A model generated the notes under the pieces. It did not search any database and was not told where the DNA came from. It saw nothing but the letters and a program-made list of their open reading frames with translations. Below are positions 37,085-46,358 of a DNA stretch of 64,000 bases, piece after piece. Position numbers and translations under genes: made by a program. Source of the DNA: Armatimonadota bacterium (GTDB lineage Bacteria; Armatimonadota; SYMT01); NCBI GenBank assembly GCA_041690135.1, contig JAWLHY010000006.1, forward strand, positions 358,337-422,336, written 5' to 3'. Every line of letters starts with the position of its first letter. Position 1 is the stretch's first letter.

Positions 37085-38720
37085 GTTGTGCAGCCGTCGC
37101 TTCCGACCCACCGAGCATTCGCGCGAGTTCGCCAACGCGGGCCTCTCCGTCCAGTGTGCTGACTTCAACTGTCGTCCGGTCGCCGGACACTTGCTTCCGA
37201 ACCCGTAAATGCTGCACCGCCATACACGCGATCTGCGGTAGATGAGTGACGCACAGCACCTGATTACTCCGACTCAGTTCGGCGATCTTGTTCCCCAACG
37301 CCTCCGCGGTCTTTCCGCCCACCCCGGTATCGATCTCATCGAAGATCAGTGCCACGGGATGGCTTCCGGCCATGACGGTCTTCAAGGCCAGCATCACGCG
37401 GGACATTTCCCCACCCGAAGCGATCTTCGAGAGCGGCCGGAGGGGCTCGCCCGGATTCGCGGAGATCATGAATTCCGCTTTGCCCAACACCGCGGTCGGT
37501 CCCTTTTCCCAGTTCTCCGCGGCCGGCGCGGGCGGCAGGAGCCGTACCGCGAACTGTGTGCCCGCCATGTTGAGATCGGCAAGGTGACCGGCAATCTCGT
37601 GCTGGAACCGCTCCGAGGCGGCTGAGCGTGCAGCATAGAGGTTCGCTGCTTCTGAGTCTACCTGCGCGCCCAGCTCCCGGAAACGAGTTTCCAGCTCTTC
37701 TCGGCGTTCCTCGCTATGCGTGAGCCGGTCCAGCTCGCCGGCGATCCGGTCGCGGTAGGCCAGAATGTCTTCCGCGGAATCGCCGTACTTCCGCTTCAGG
37801 TTGCGGTAGAGGTCGAGCCGCTCCTGTACCTGCTCCAGGCGCTCGGGATTGAACTCGATGCTCTCCACGTAGTCCCGCAGTTCAGACGCAGCTTCCTGGG
37901 CGACGGTAACGGCCGTCTCCAGCAACTCACGAATCCGGGCAGCCTGCTCGTCCAGCGACGCGGCCCCATCCAACTCGCGCGCGGCCGCCCCCAGAAGGTC
38001 CAGCGCGGACACCTCCGCCCCGCCGAGCGCCTCTCGAGCGGCGGACCCGGCGGCGTACAGTTTCTCGGCATTCGCCAGGCGGGTGCGGTCCGTCAGGAGT
38101 TCCTCTTCCTCACCGGGCTCGATCTTTGCGGCGTCGATTTCCTCCACCTGGAACTGGTAGAGGTCGAGACGGTGGGCGCGCTCCCGCTCTCCGGTCAACA
38201 GCTCATCCAGTTCTTTCCGGACCGACCGCAGGTCCGCATAGAGAGCCTGGGCACGCCGCCGGTGCTCCAAGACGCTTCCGGAGGCCCAGTTGTCGAGAAA
38301 CTCCACATGCCGGTCCGGATTGAGCAGCGATTGATGGTCGTGCTGACCGTGAATATCGATGAGATCCGTGGCCAGTTCGCGGACGGTACTCGCCGTGCAC
38401 ATCCGTCCGTTAACACGGAACGTGGAGCGACCGGAGGCGCTGATCTCGCGCCCCAGAATGATCAGGCCGTCCTCCGCCCACTCTTGCACGGCGGCCAGCG
38501 AGTACTCCCCCACCTCGAAGACGGCTTCGATCGAGGCGCGGTCGGCACCCGTACGGATCAGTTCCACGCTGGCCCGCTCCCCGAGTGCCGCCGTAATGGC
38601 GTCGATGAGAATCGACTTCCCGGCCCCGGTCTCGCCGGTGAGAGCATTGAAGCCGCGCCGGAACTCCAGGGTCAGCGAGTCGATGAGCGCAAAGTTGCGG
38701 ATGGTGAGCTGGGCGAGCAT
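37035..38720 (-). CDS. recN: DNA repair protein RecN
   Basis: LTGETGAGKS, IHGQHD, ASGGE.SR, FDEIDTGVGG and THLPQ. Confidence 0.96.
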   Translation of the reverse strand: MLAQLTIRNFALIDSLTLEFRRGFNALTGETGAGKSILIDAITAALGERASVELIRTGADRASIEAVFEVGEYSLAAVQEWAEDGLIILGREISASGRSTFRVNGRMCTASTVRELATDLIDIHGQHDHQSLLNPDRHVEFLDNWASGSVLEHRRRAQALYADLRSVRKELDELLTGERERAHRLDLYQFQVEEIDAAKIEPGEEEELLTDRTRLANAEKLYAAGSAAREALGGAEVSALDLLGAAARELDGAASLDEQAARIRELLETAVTVAQEAASELRDYVESIEFNPERLEQVQERLDLYRNLKRKYGDSAEDILAYRDRIAGELDRLTHSEERREELETRFRELGAQVDSEAANLYAARSAASERFQHEIAGHLADLNMAGTQFAVRLLPPAPAAENWEKGPTAVLGKAEFMISANPGEPLRPLSKIASGGEMSRVMLALKTVMAGSHPVALIFDEIDTGVGGKTAEALGNKIAELSRSNQVLCVTHLPQIACMAVQHLRVRKQVSGDRTTVEVSTLDGEARVGELARMLGGSEATAAQHARELLAAAGQQPVAH

Positions 38721-38848
38721 TCGGGAAGCGGGATGCGTAGTGCGGTACTGCTTATTGTGTAAGAGACGTGCGAGGTGACGGCGGAGACGGGGGCTCCCCA
38801 TCAATCCTCGGAGTATTGCTACTTGCCGTGTTCCGGCGGCTCCGCATG

Positions 38849-39718
38849 TTAGCTGCCGAAGCGCTCGCCAAGCCGGAGGCGGGTCTGGACTTTCTTGTAG
38901 AAGTTGGCTCCGTCCAGGGAGATGAACCGCCCCTGGAGAGGACTCCGGAAGAAGCTGACTTCGTCTTGGGACTCGAGGGCGTAGCTGACCTGCCCATCCA
39001 CCGTTACCTGGACCACGTCCCGCTCACTGCTTTCGAGCCCAACATGTATCGTATCCGCAGTCTCCACGAGAAGACTACGCACATTCAGCGTGTGGGGACA
39101 AATCGGAGTAAGGACCAGAGCGGGAATAGACGGGTGGACCAGGGGCCCGCCGGCCGCCAGGTTGTACGCCGTAGACCCGGTGGGGGTGGAGACGATGATG
39201 CCATCGGCGGCATAGGTGGCGATATAGGTATCGGCCACCTCCACGCGCAGTTTCAGCATCCGCTGTTGCCCCCGGATGACGAGGTCGTTCAGGCCGTGCA
39301 ACTCCGCCACCTGGGTACCGTCGCGCACGACCCGCACGGCGGCCATCAGCCGCGACTCTACCCGATAGGCTCCCGCCAGTACCGCTTCCATGGCCGCTCC
39401 CGCACTGGCGGGGATGGTTTCGGTCAAGAATCCAAAGCTGGCCGGCCCCCCCGCATGGATACCCAGGATCGGCGTACCATGCGGAGCCGCAAGGCGGTTC
39501 GCCGCGAGCAGCGTTCCGTCGCCGCCCAGGGCTACCAGGAGGTCGGTATGGCCTACATCCCCGTCATCGCCCTCGGAGGGAGAGAAGCCCAGCACCCTTT
39601 CCAGGTCGGCGGCAAGCCGGACCCGAACACGGCGCTCTTGCAGAAAACGCAAGAGGTCGGCGGCACACTGTACCGCCGCCTCTCGCTGGCAATTGGCAAT
39701 TATGCCTACGTTTTGCAC
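38849..39718 (-). CDS. nadK: NAD(+) kinase
   Basis: GGDGT, LND and DGIIVSTPTGSTAY.LAAGGP. Confidence 0.95.
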   Translation of the reverse strand: MQNVGIIANCQREAAVQCAADLLRFLQERRVRVRLAADLERVLGFSPSEGDDGDVGHTDLLVALGGDGTLLAANRLAAPHGTPILGIHAGGPASFGFLTETIPASAGAAMEAVLAGAYRVESRLMAAVRVVRDGTQVAELHGLNDLVIRGQQRMLKLRVEVADTYIATYAADGIIVSTPTGSTAYNLAAGGPLVHPSIPALVLTPICPHTLNVRSLLVETADTIHVGLESSERDVVQVTVDGQVSYALESQDEVSFFRSPLQGRFISLDGANFYKKVQTRLRLGERFGS

Positions 39719-39736
39719 GGGAAGGGCGCGACCCGA

Positions 39737-41359
39737 CTATTGACTGCCGCTCTTATCGAGCTGCTGGAGGTTCTTCCGGGCGTCCGCAAAATTCGGATCG
39801 ATCTGGAGCGCCTTCTGATAGCACTGCTTGGCCAGATCCTTTTGGCCCTGGCGATCGTAAGCCGCGCCCAGATTGTTATGCGCCACCGCGAGGCGAGGGT
39901 TGGCGTCGATCGCCTGCTTATAGACCGTTACCGCTTCCTCGATCTTCCCTTGCTTCTCCAGGGCGAAACCCAGGTTGTTGAGCGACGTAGCATCTTTGGA
40001 GTCGAGCTTGACGATCTCCCGGTACTCGGCCACGGCCGCGTCGTAGCGTGGCTGCTTGTGGTTCAGGTACGCGGAGGCGAGGAGTCGGCGCGTGGCCGCA
40101 TCGGTGGGGTCCAGCTTGGCGGCTTCCCGGTAGTGTTCGATGGCCTTATCGGCATTCCCGAGTTGCTCCTGCACCAGTCCAAGATTGGCATGGGTGCTCT
40201 GGAGCGCGCGGTCGTCCGGCGCGGCCTGCAGTGCCTTGCCGTACCAGTTGGCCGCTTCCTGATAGCGCTTCGCGGAAAGGTTCACCCAGCCCAGGGCGCT
40301 GAGGGCGCGGTGATCCGTGGGGCGAAGTTTCACGGCTTCCGTCAGGTGAGTTACGGCCGGGGAGAAGCTGGCGGGGGTCGCCGGGTTGGCCTGACGGGCC
40401 TGCAGCACGCCCAGGTTATAGCGTGGGATGAATTCCTTGGGCCGGAGATTCACCGCCGCCGTATAAGCGGCGACCGCTTCCGCAGTCTGCCCCCGGTTCT
40501 GGTACTCTTCAGCCAGGGCCAACTGGCTGTTGTAGTCCCCCTTGTCCAATTGAACCGCGCGCTTCAGTGCCTGGAGGGCGAGATCTCCCTTGCCCTCCTG
40601 CTTGCGGGCAGCCAGGCCGAGGTTGCGCTGGAAAACGGCGTTGTTCGGGTCCTTCTCGGCCGCGCGCTGATAATGCAGCACCGCCTTCTCGATCGGCACG
40701 GTGGCCGGATCTTGCGTGTGCATGCGCTCATACACGTAGCCCAGGTTGTTCTGGATCAGCGGGTCTTCCGGATCCTGCTGCGAGGCGGCCACGAACGCTT
40801 CCTGGGCTGCCGCGAGCTCGCCCTTTTTCACCAGGGCATTACCGAGGTTGTAATAGAGATCGGCGTGCTTGCCGGGCTTGTCCTTGACCAATTCCACGGC
40901 CTGCCGATACGCTTCGATCGCCGCATCGGTATCGCCCTTGGCCAGGTAAGCGTTGCCGAGGTTGTTATACGTCTCGGGGTTATTCGGGCCCAGGGAAATG
41001 GAGCTGCGGAAATGGCGAATGGCGTCGTCGTGACGGCCCTTCTTGAAATGGATGAAGCCCAGCCATGACTGAATGATGGGGTCGCGCGGATCCCCGGTTT
41101 CGGCTTCGCGGAACTGGACCAGGGCCTCGTCGAGCTTGCCGGCCCGGTAAAGGTCCATGCCGCGGGTGAAAGGATCCTTGGCAGTCGTACCCGGTGAAGC
41201 GGGTTTGGCGGCGACGGGATTGGCGGCGGCCGGCTTCTTGGTGGACTTCACCGGCGCCGCATGCGTGGGCGCGGCAGCCACGAGGGGGGCGACTACTAAC
41301 AACGCGGAGATGCCGACACAGGATTTCTTTGGGGCGCTCCGGCGGCGGAACTTGCTCAT
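39737..41359 (-). CDS. Exported tetratricopeptide repeat protein
   Basis: Many TPRs (YNNLGNAY, YYNLGNAL, HNNLGAAY); signal peptide. Confidence 0.9.
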   Translation of the reverse strand: MSKFRRRSAPKKSCVGISALLVVAPLVAAAPTHAAPVKSTKKPAAANPVAAKPASPGTTAKDPFTRGMDLYRAGKLDEALVQFREAETGDPRDPIIQSWLGFIHFKKGRHDDAIRHFRSSISLGPNNPETYNNLGNAYLAKGDTDAAIEAYRQAVELVKDKPGKHADLYYNLGNALVKKGELAAAQEAFVAASQQDPEDPLIQNNLGYVYERMHTQDPATVPIEKAVLHYQRAAEKDPNNAVFQRNLGLAARKQEGKGDLALQALKRAVQLDKGDYNSQLALAEEYQNRGQTAEAVAAYTAAVNLRPKEFIPRYNLGVLQARQANPATPASFSPAVTHLTEAVKLRPTDHRALSALGWVNLSAKRYQEAANWYGKALQAAPDDRALQSTHANLGLVQEQLGNADKAIEHYREAAKLDPTDAATRRLLASAYLNHKQPRYDAAVAEYREIVKLDSKDATSLNNLGFALEKQGKIEEAVTVYKQAIDANPRLAVAHNNLGAAYDRQGQKDLAKQCYQKALQIDPNFADARKNLQQLDKSGSQ

Positions 41360-41459
41360 CGATGGCTCCTCCTACACACGCCAGGTGGCCGTGCAAGCCA
41401 GACCGTTTCTAGTATACCACTGGGAGTCGGCCAGATACTACCCTGCTACGCTCTCCCCT

Positions 41460-41657
41460 CACACCTTCCCGGTCATTCGCCTCCATGCCCGTCCACCAAT
41501 GGCAGCGGGGCCTAGCGTATGTACGCCAGCATGCAAAATTTCCCCGCCAGGAGTTTCACTCCGCCGGCCCCCGGGTAAATCCGGACCAGATGGGACGCGA
41601 CGGGCACAAGTTTTGGAGCCAGCGCGGACATGGACAGGCAGGGCAGGTGATGGGATA
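41460..41657 (+). ncRNA. Candidate structured small RNA, 6S RNA-like
   Basis: Extended -10 TGCTACGCT at 41444-41452; ends pair (41467-41491 with 41625-41655); about 195 nt; + strand terminator with no convincing + ORF. Confidence 0.45.
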
Positions 41658-41688
41658 GCCCCGGCGGGAGCGCCGGGGCCCTTTTTTT
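41658..41688 (+). terminator. Rho-independent terminator
   Basis: GCCCCGGCG-GGAG-CGCCGGGGC followed by CC and T7. Confidence 0.8.
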
Positions 41689-41930
41689 GCTTCGCGGATT
41701 AAGGTAAGGATTACGATTAGGATAAGGAAGAGTGGGGTGCGGATGCAGGGCTGAGTTCGTTTCGTAATTCTCGCCTTCCGCCGGATCTCGCCATTCTCCG
41801 CCGGCCCGTTCTTGTCCCCGGATTCAAATCCGGGGCTGACTGACCGAAGACCGCCTGCGCGGTCTGGGCCGCTCCGGAAGCGACGCGTCCTCTTGCCTTC
41901 CGCCTTCTGCCAACAGCTTTCTGCCTTCAG
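41689..41930. repeat. Mixed repeat zone: hexamer tract, REP-like palindrome and heptamer run
   Basis: GCTTCGCGGATTAAGGTAAGGATTACGATTAGGATAAG; CCCCGGATT-CA-AATCCGGGG near 41816-41835; (TGCCTTC)-like units near 41894-41928. Confidence 0.6.
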
Positions 41931-42010
41931 GCCGCGTGTTGCACGGATCTGCACACTTTTGCACGCGTGGGAAAAATTCGGGTGCATCCGGCGGGCGTAG
42001 GTGGGCCGGT

Positions 42011-43447
42011 TCAGTCTCCTTCGTCGCGGTCGGTAAAGAGATCGTCTTCCAGGGCAGAGTCCATGTCCGGGGCGGCGGGTTCCACCAGGCCTTCGTGGAT
42101 GGCGTCGCGGAGGTGAGAGACGGCGGCGACCTTGAGGCCCTCGGGAGCGCCGCGGCCGGTCGTGGGACCGGCAACAAGGGCGCGCGTGAATCCCATCCGC
42201 GCGGCTTCCTTGAGACGGCGGTCCATCTGATGGACGGAGCGAACCTCACCCGACAGGCCGATTTCACCCGCGAGGACCGCGGTTTGGTCGACGGGGCGGT
42301 CTCGGTGACTGCTGGCCAGGGCCAGGGCCACCCCCAGGTCCACGGCTGGCTCCACGATCTTCAACCCGCCCGCGACGTTCACGTAGACATCCTTATCGCT
42401 CATCCGGAGCCCGCAGCGTTTCTCCAACACCGCCAGGATCATGGAAAGACGGTTGGGGTCGATCCCGGTGGCCGTCCGCCGTGGCGCCGAGAGATAGGAC
42501 CGGGCTACCAGCGCCTGGACTTCGACAAGCAGCGGGCGCGTGCCTTCGATAATGCCGACCACCGCGCTGCCGGGGGCATGTTCCGGCCGCTGGGCCAGGA
42601 AGAGCTCGCTGGCGCCGGCGACTTCCCGCAAGCCGAGGTCGCTCATCTCGAAGAGCCCGATCTCGTCCGTTGAGCCGAACCTGTTCTTCACCGCTCGCAG
42701 AATTCGGAACGACTGGAAGCGGTCGCCCTCGAAGTAGAGGACGGTATCCACCATGTGCTCCAACACCCGCGGCCCGGCGAGGGTCCCCTCTTTGGTGACG
42801 TGGCCCACCAGAAATACCGTAGTGTTCGTCGCCTTGGCGAGGCGCATCAGGCGAGAGCAGCAGGCGCGCACCTGACTCACCGTGGCCGCGGCGGAAGCGA
42901 GCGCCGGATCAAGAACGGTCTGAATCGAGTCGATGACGAGGAAGCGGGGGTTCAGGTTACGAGCGTGCGCCTCGATGATTTCGATGTCGGTCTCGGCCGC
43001 CAGGTAGAGCTGTGGCACCAGGGTATCGAGACGTTCGGCCCGAAGACGGACCTGCTGCGCCGACTCTTCCCCGGTGACGTACAGCATCAGGTCCCCCTGC
43101 GCGGCAACCTGCCCCGCAACCTGCATCAGGAGAGTGGACTTGCCGATCCCCGGATCGCCCCCGATCAGCACGAGCGAGCCCGGCACGATGCCGCCCCCGA
43201 GCACGCGATCGAACTCCCCAATCCCGGAGGGAACCCTCCGCCAGGCTTCCATAGGAATGGAAGAAATCGGTTGGGGCGCGGCGGCCGAGCCGTTCCAGGA
43301 GGTCGAGCGAGCCGCCGCGGCCGGGCGCTCAACCACGACCTCCTCGAGGAGGCTGTTCCAGGCGCCGCAGTCGGGGCAGCGTCCAAGCCAGCGGGAGGCC
43401 TCGTGGCCGCACTTCTGGCAGATATGTCGGGTTTGTGTCTTGGCCAT
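42011..43447 (-). CDS. radA: DNA repair protein RadA/Sms
   Basis: C4 zinc finger, GGDPGIGKSTL, KNRFG and a Lon-like C-terminus. Confidence 0.97.
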   Translation of the reverse strand: MAKTQTRHICQKCGHEASRWLGRCPDCGAWNSLLEEVVVERPAAAARSTSWNGSAAAPQPISSIPMEAWRRVPSGIGEFDRVLGGGIVPGSLVLIGGDPGIGKSTLLMQVAGQVAAQGDLMLYVTGEESAQQVRLRAERLDTLVPQLYLAAETDIEIIEAHARNLNPRFLVIDSIQTVLDPALASAAATVSQVRACCSRLMRLAKATNTTVFLVGHVTKEGTLAGPRVLEHMVDTVLYFEGDRFQSFRILRAVKNRFGSTDEIGLFEMSDLGLREVAGASELFLAQRPEHAPGSAVVGIIEGTRPLLVEVQALVARSYLSAPRRTATGIDPNRLSMILAVLEKRCGLRMSDKDVYVNVAGGLKIVEPAVDLGVALALASSHRDRPVDQTAVLAGEIGLSGEVRSVHQMDRRLKEAARMGFTRALVAGPTTGRGAPEGLKVAAVSHLRDAIHEGLVEPAAPDMDSALEDDLFTDRDEGD

Positions 43448-43820
43448 GAGCAGTGTAAATTAGCAAACTCGCGTTTGATTATACATCAATGCCAGTGGCG
43501 TGTCGCGCGGCAAACCTAATCGGCACGCCACACTCTTCCGAAGGGCCGGCCCCGGTCAACCCGTGTGGCTATTGGGCCAGCCTCTCTATTTTTTATAATG
43601 AATGTCATTAACACCAATGATAGTGTGTGTCTTTAGAATTTAATAAGAAGGAGCTTCTCCTGCGCATGTGAAACGATTAGACGGCGCGTATCGGAAGTGG
43701 CGAAGTTGCAACGAGGGTAACTCCGGGTTCCAGGCTTGCCCTAAGGCCGGATTGAGCTCTCTTCAAGCCGGCACATCCGGAATGCGCCGGCTGCTATGTC
43801 GACAGAAGAAAGGACTTCTG

Positions 43821-44117
43821 ATGCGATCTCTCAGACGCTTGTCGCTGGCGAGCGTAGCAATCAGCATCGTCGCAATTCTCACAGCGGGCTGCCAGGGTAG
43901 CGCCAAACAACCCTCCGCCCAAAGCCAACAACTGATGATGCAGAACTATCAACAACGGCAAGGAAATGCGCCTGGTCCAGGAGGGTCCCTCCGCGTAGGT
44001 AGCGGGATGGGCAGGATGAACGGCCCGGGCGGCGGCTCCAATAGTCCCGCGGGCGGGATGAACGGTCCCGGAGGCGGGATGAACGGTCCGGTTGGGGGAA
44101 TGAACGGCCCGCGGTGA
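43821..44117 (+). CDS. Small lipoprotein with GGMNGP repeats
   Basis: AAAGGA RBS, lipobox LTAGC, four MNGP units. Confidence 0.7.
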   Translation: MRSLRRLSLASVAISIVAILTAGCQGSAKQPSAQSQQLMMQNYQQRQGNAPGPGGSLRVGSGMGRMNGPGGGSNSPAGGMNGPGGGMNGPVGGMNGPR

Positions 44118-44171
44118 TCTACGCCAGGTCTCCCTCACTCTTAAGCGCTCGTATCCAACTAAGGAGGACAG

Positions 44172-44969
44172 ATGTTAGCAAAGAAGCTGCGTGCGCGAGG
44201 TTTTACGCTCATTGAGCTGCTGGTGGTGATAGCCATCATTGCTATACTAGCAGCAATTCTTTTCCCCGTTTTCGCGCAAGCGCGCGAGGCGGCACGGAAG
44301 TCATCCTGCCAGAGCAACCTGAAGCAACTGGGAAATGCCGTCGCGATGTACACCAACGACTACGACGGCTACACCATCAACGGTGGTGGTGATTGTCACG
44401 GAGCCGCCCCTGGGAGCGGGTGTAGTCGGCAAAACCCACAGCCGACACTGCAGTGGCAGTGGGTGATCCAACCCTACGTCAAGAATTGGAATGTCTACCG
44501 GTGCCCCAGCGATCCCCGCAGCATCGTCAACATTCCCGTGAGCTACGGCGTGAACAACTGGGCGCTTCGGAGCCTCAGCAACCCGGGCGGCGTTAACGAA
44601 TCCGCCATACCTTCGCCGGCGGAAACCGTCGCGCTGGCGGAAGGCGGCAACGGTGGCTGGACGGATAATGCGGGAAACGGCTCGACGGATGCTATGCGGA
44701 TGATCGGCGACTACACGATCTGGACCACCTGGGATCGGGTGGCGCACGATCAGGACGACTGGAACTGGAGTGATAAGCTGCCCCGTCACGGGGACGGCAA
44801 CAACTACCTGTTCTACGACGGACACGTGAAGTTCTTCGTGAACAAGCGGCCGAAGGATGCCGGTTGTAAGATGGGCAATAATCTGCCCTGGCGGTTCATG
44901 GCCGGCGCCAATGGTGGAAACTGGGCCTGGGAAGGCTCTCCCAGCCCCTGCGGCACCCCAACCCCGTAA
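44172..44969 (+). CDS. Prepilin-type N-terminal cleavage/methylation protein, DUF1559 / H-X9-DG
   Basis: [37 protein letters not shown] and [16 protein letters not shown]; AAGGAGG RBS. Confidence 0.95.
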   Translation: MLAKKLRARGFTLIELLVVIAIIAILAAILFPVFAQAREAARKSSCQSNLKQLGNAVAMYTNDYDGYTINGGGDCHGAAPGSGCSRQNPQPTLQWQWVIQPYVKNWNVYRCPSDPRSIVNIPVSYGVNNWALRSLSNPGGVNESAIPSPAETVALAEGGNGGWTDNAGNGSTDAMRMIGDYTIWTTWDRVAHDQDDWNWSDKLPRHGDGNNYLFYDGHVKFFVNKRPKDAGCKMGNNLPWRFMAGANGGNWAWEGSPSPCGTPTP

Positions 44970-45013
44970 AGGCCCTGTCTCGAGTGTTCGCAGACGCTCG
45001 AGCAACACAAGCT

Positions 45014-45050
45014 CGGTAGGGAGCAGCGGCAGCGCAACTGCTCCCTACCG
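45014..45050. repeat. GTAG-bounded palindrome (REP-like or mRNA-stabilising hairpin)
   Basis: CGGTAGGGAGCAG-N11-CTGCTCCCTACCG. Confidence 0.6.
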
Positions 45051-45073
45051 CCAATTAACCGAGAAGTAATCGG

Positions 45074-46339
45074 ATGTTAAGAGCTGTAGTCAGTCCGACC
45101 TGCCCCAGCGTGGGAGGTCCGCAGTTTTGGCGTTCACTCGCCGCACTCGGGGTCCTTGTCTGCTCCCTGACCGCGGCGCTGCTCGCAGCACAGATCCGTC
45201 CGCAGTACACGGAACCAACCCTGCTCGATTTGGAGAACATCGCGCGGCGAAACCCCACAGCTTCCCTGCTGCTTGCGCTCACACGCCGCTACACGACCGC
45301 GGGGGAGCACCGGCAAGCCCTGGAAACGGCGCGGCGCTTCGTCCGACTCCACCCCACCGATCCAACGGCGCACAACACCCTGGGTATCGTCCTGGCTGAG
45401 CACGGTGAAATCGAAACCGCGCGGAAGGCGTTCAGCCAGGCGATGACGTTGAACACGCGGTATCTCGATCCCTATCTGAATCTGGGCCGGATCGCCTTGT
45501 TGACGGGTGACAAGAAGAAGGCTCTGGCCGAATACGACCGCGCCACAGCCGTAGATCCTGCCTCGCCACGCGCCTGGAAGGGATACGCCGATGCCGCAGC
45601 CTCACTGGGCTATACGCTTCAAGCAAAGGACGGCTACGAGCGGGCTATCGGCCTGGAACCCAGGAATCCGGCCGCCTATGCCGCATTGGGGGTCCACCTG
45701 GCCGATACCGGCCGGGGGATGGAGGCACGACCCTACCTGGAAAAGGCCTTTGCCATGGGGGACCGTTCGGCTCCCCTCCTCGCCAGCCTGGCCCTCGCCC
45801 TCGCGGATCAGCCTCGCGACGCAGCGGATTTAGATCGAGCCCTGGAATTCGCGGAAACCGCGGTGGCCAATGGGGCGACCGGGTCCATGGCCCCTTATGC
45901 CTGGGGCCTGGCGCTGCAGCGTTCCGGGCAGTACGAAGAGGCGATCCGGCAGTTCAAGAAAACCCTGGAGATCAACGAGGGGGCGAACGGCGCCTGGATC
46001 GGCCTTTCGCAGTGCTACCGGGCACTCGGCCAGCATGAGATCGCCGACAAGGCCGCGGAACGCGCTACGCTGGTCTTGACCCAGCGCCAGCGCGCAGGCA
46101 ATCTCGTGCGCCAAATTCGCTTCCACCCGGACCGTCTCGACTTGCGGCAAGAATACGCCGAACTTCTCATGGAGAAAGGCGATTACCTGGCGGCAGCCGA
46201 CCAGTTCCGGTATATCGCACAACACGGGAAGGGAGAGGCCGACGACTGGCGCAGAGCCGCGCGCGCTTTCGAGCGCGGAGGCAAACCGGACCTGGCAAAA
46301 TATCTCTACACCTATGCGAACCGGCGCTCCCGCCGTTAG
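45074..46339 (+). CDS. Membrane-anchored TPR protein
   Basis: N-terminal hydrophobic helix followed by TPR repeats. Confidence 0.85.
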   Translation: MLRAVVSPTCPSVGGPQFWRSLAALGVLVCSLTAALLAAQIRPQYTEPTLLDLENIARRNPTASLLLALTRRYTTAGEHRQALETARRFVRLHPTDPTAHNTLGIVLAEHGEIETARKAFSQAMTLNTRYLDPYLNLGRIALLTGDKKKALAEYDRATAVDPASPRAWKGYADAAASLGYTLQAKDGYERAIGLEPRNPAAYAALGVHLADTGRGMEARPYLEKAFAMGDRSAPLLASLALALADQPRDAADLDRALEFAETAVANGATGSMAPYAWGLALQRSGQYEEAIRQFKKTLEINEGANGAWIGLSQCYRALGQHEIADKAAERATLVLTQRQRAGNLVRQIRFHPDRLDLRQEYAELLMEKGDYLAAADQFRYIAQHGKGEADDWRRAARAFERGGKPDLAKYLYTYANRRSRR

Positions 46340-46358
46340 CCTCTGGAGAACGCACTTA

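Noticed and set aside
38768-41068. 766-aa plus-strand ORF (likewise 588-2198, 55552-57681, 52247-53722 and others)
   Set aside because: Antisense shadow ORFs of well-supported genes, expected in high-GC DNA; no recognisable motifs.
41476-41520. Permuted tmRNA or tRNA suggested by TCCACCA followed by GGGGCC
   Set aside because: No acceptor-stem pairing and no canonical T-loop or tag reading frame.
43494-43582. c-di-GMP-I riboswitch suggested by GGCAAACC
   Set aside because: It lacks the GNRA-capped P2 and the GACGCAAAG junction. It is only an 11-bp inverted repeat near the radA promoter.
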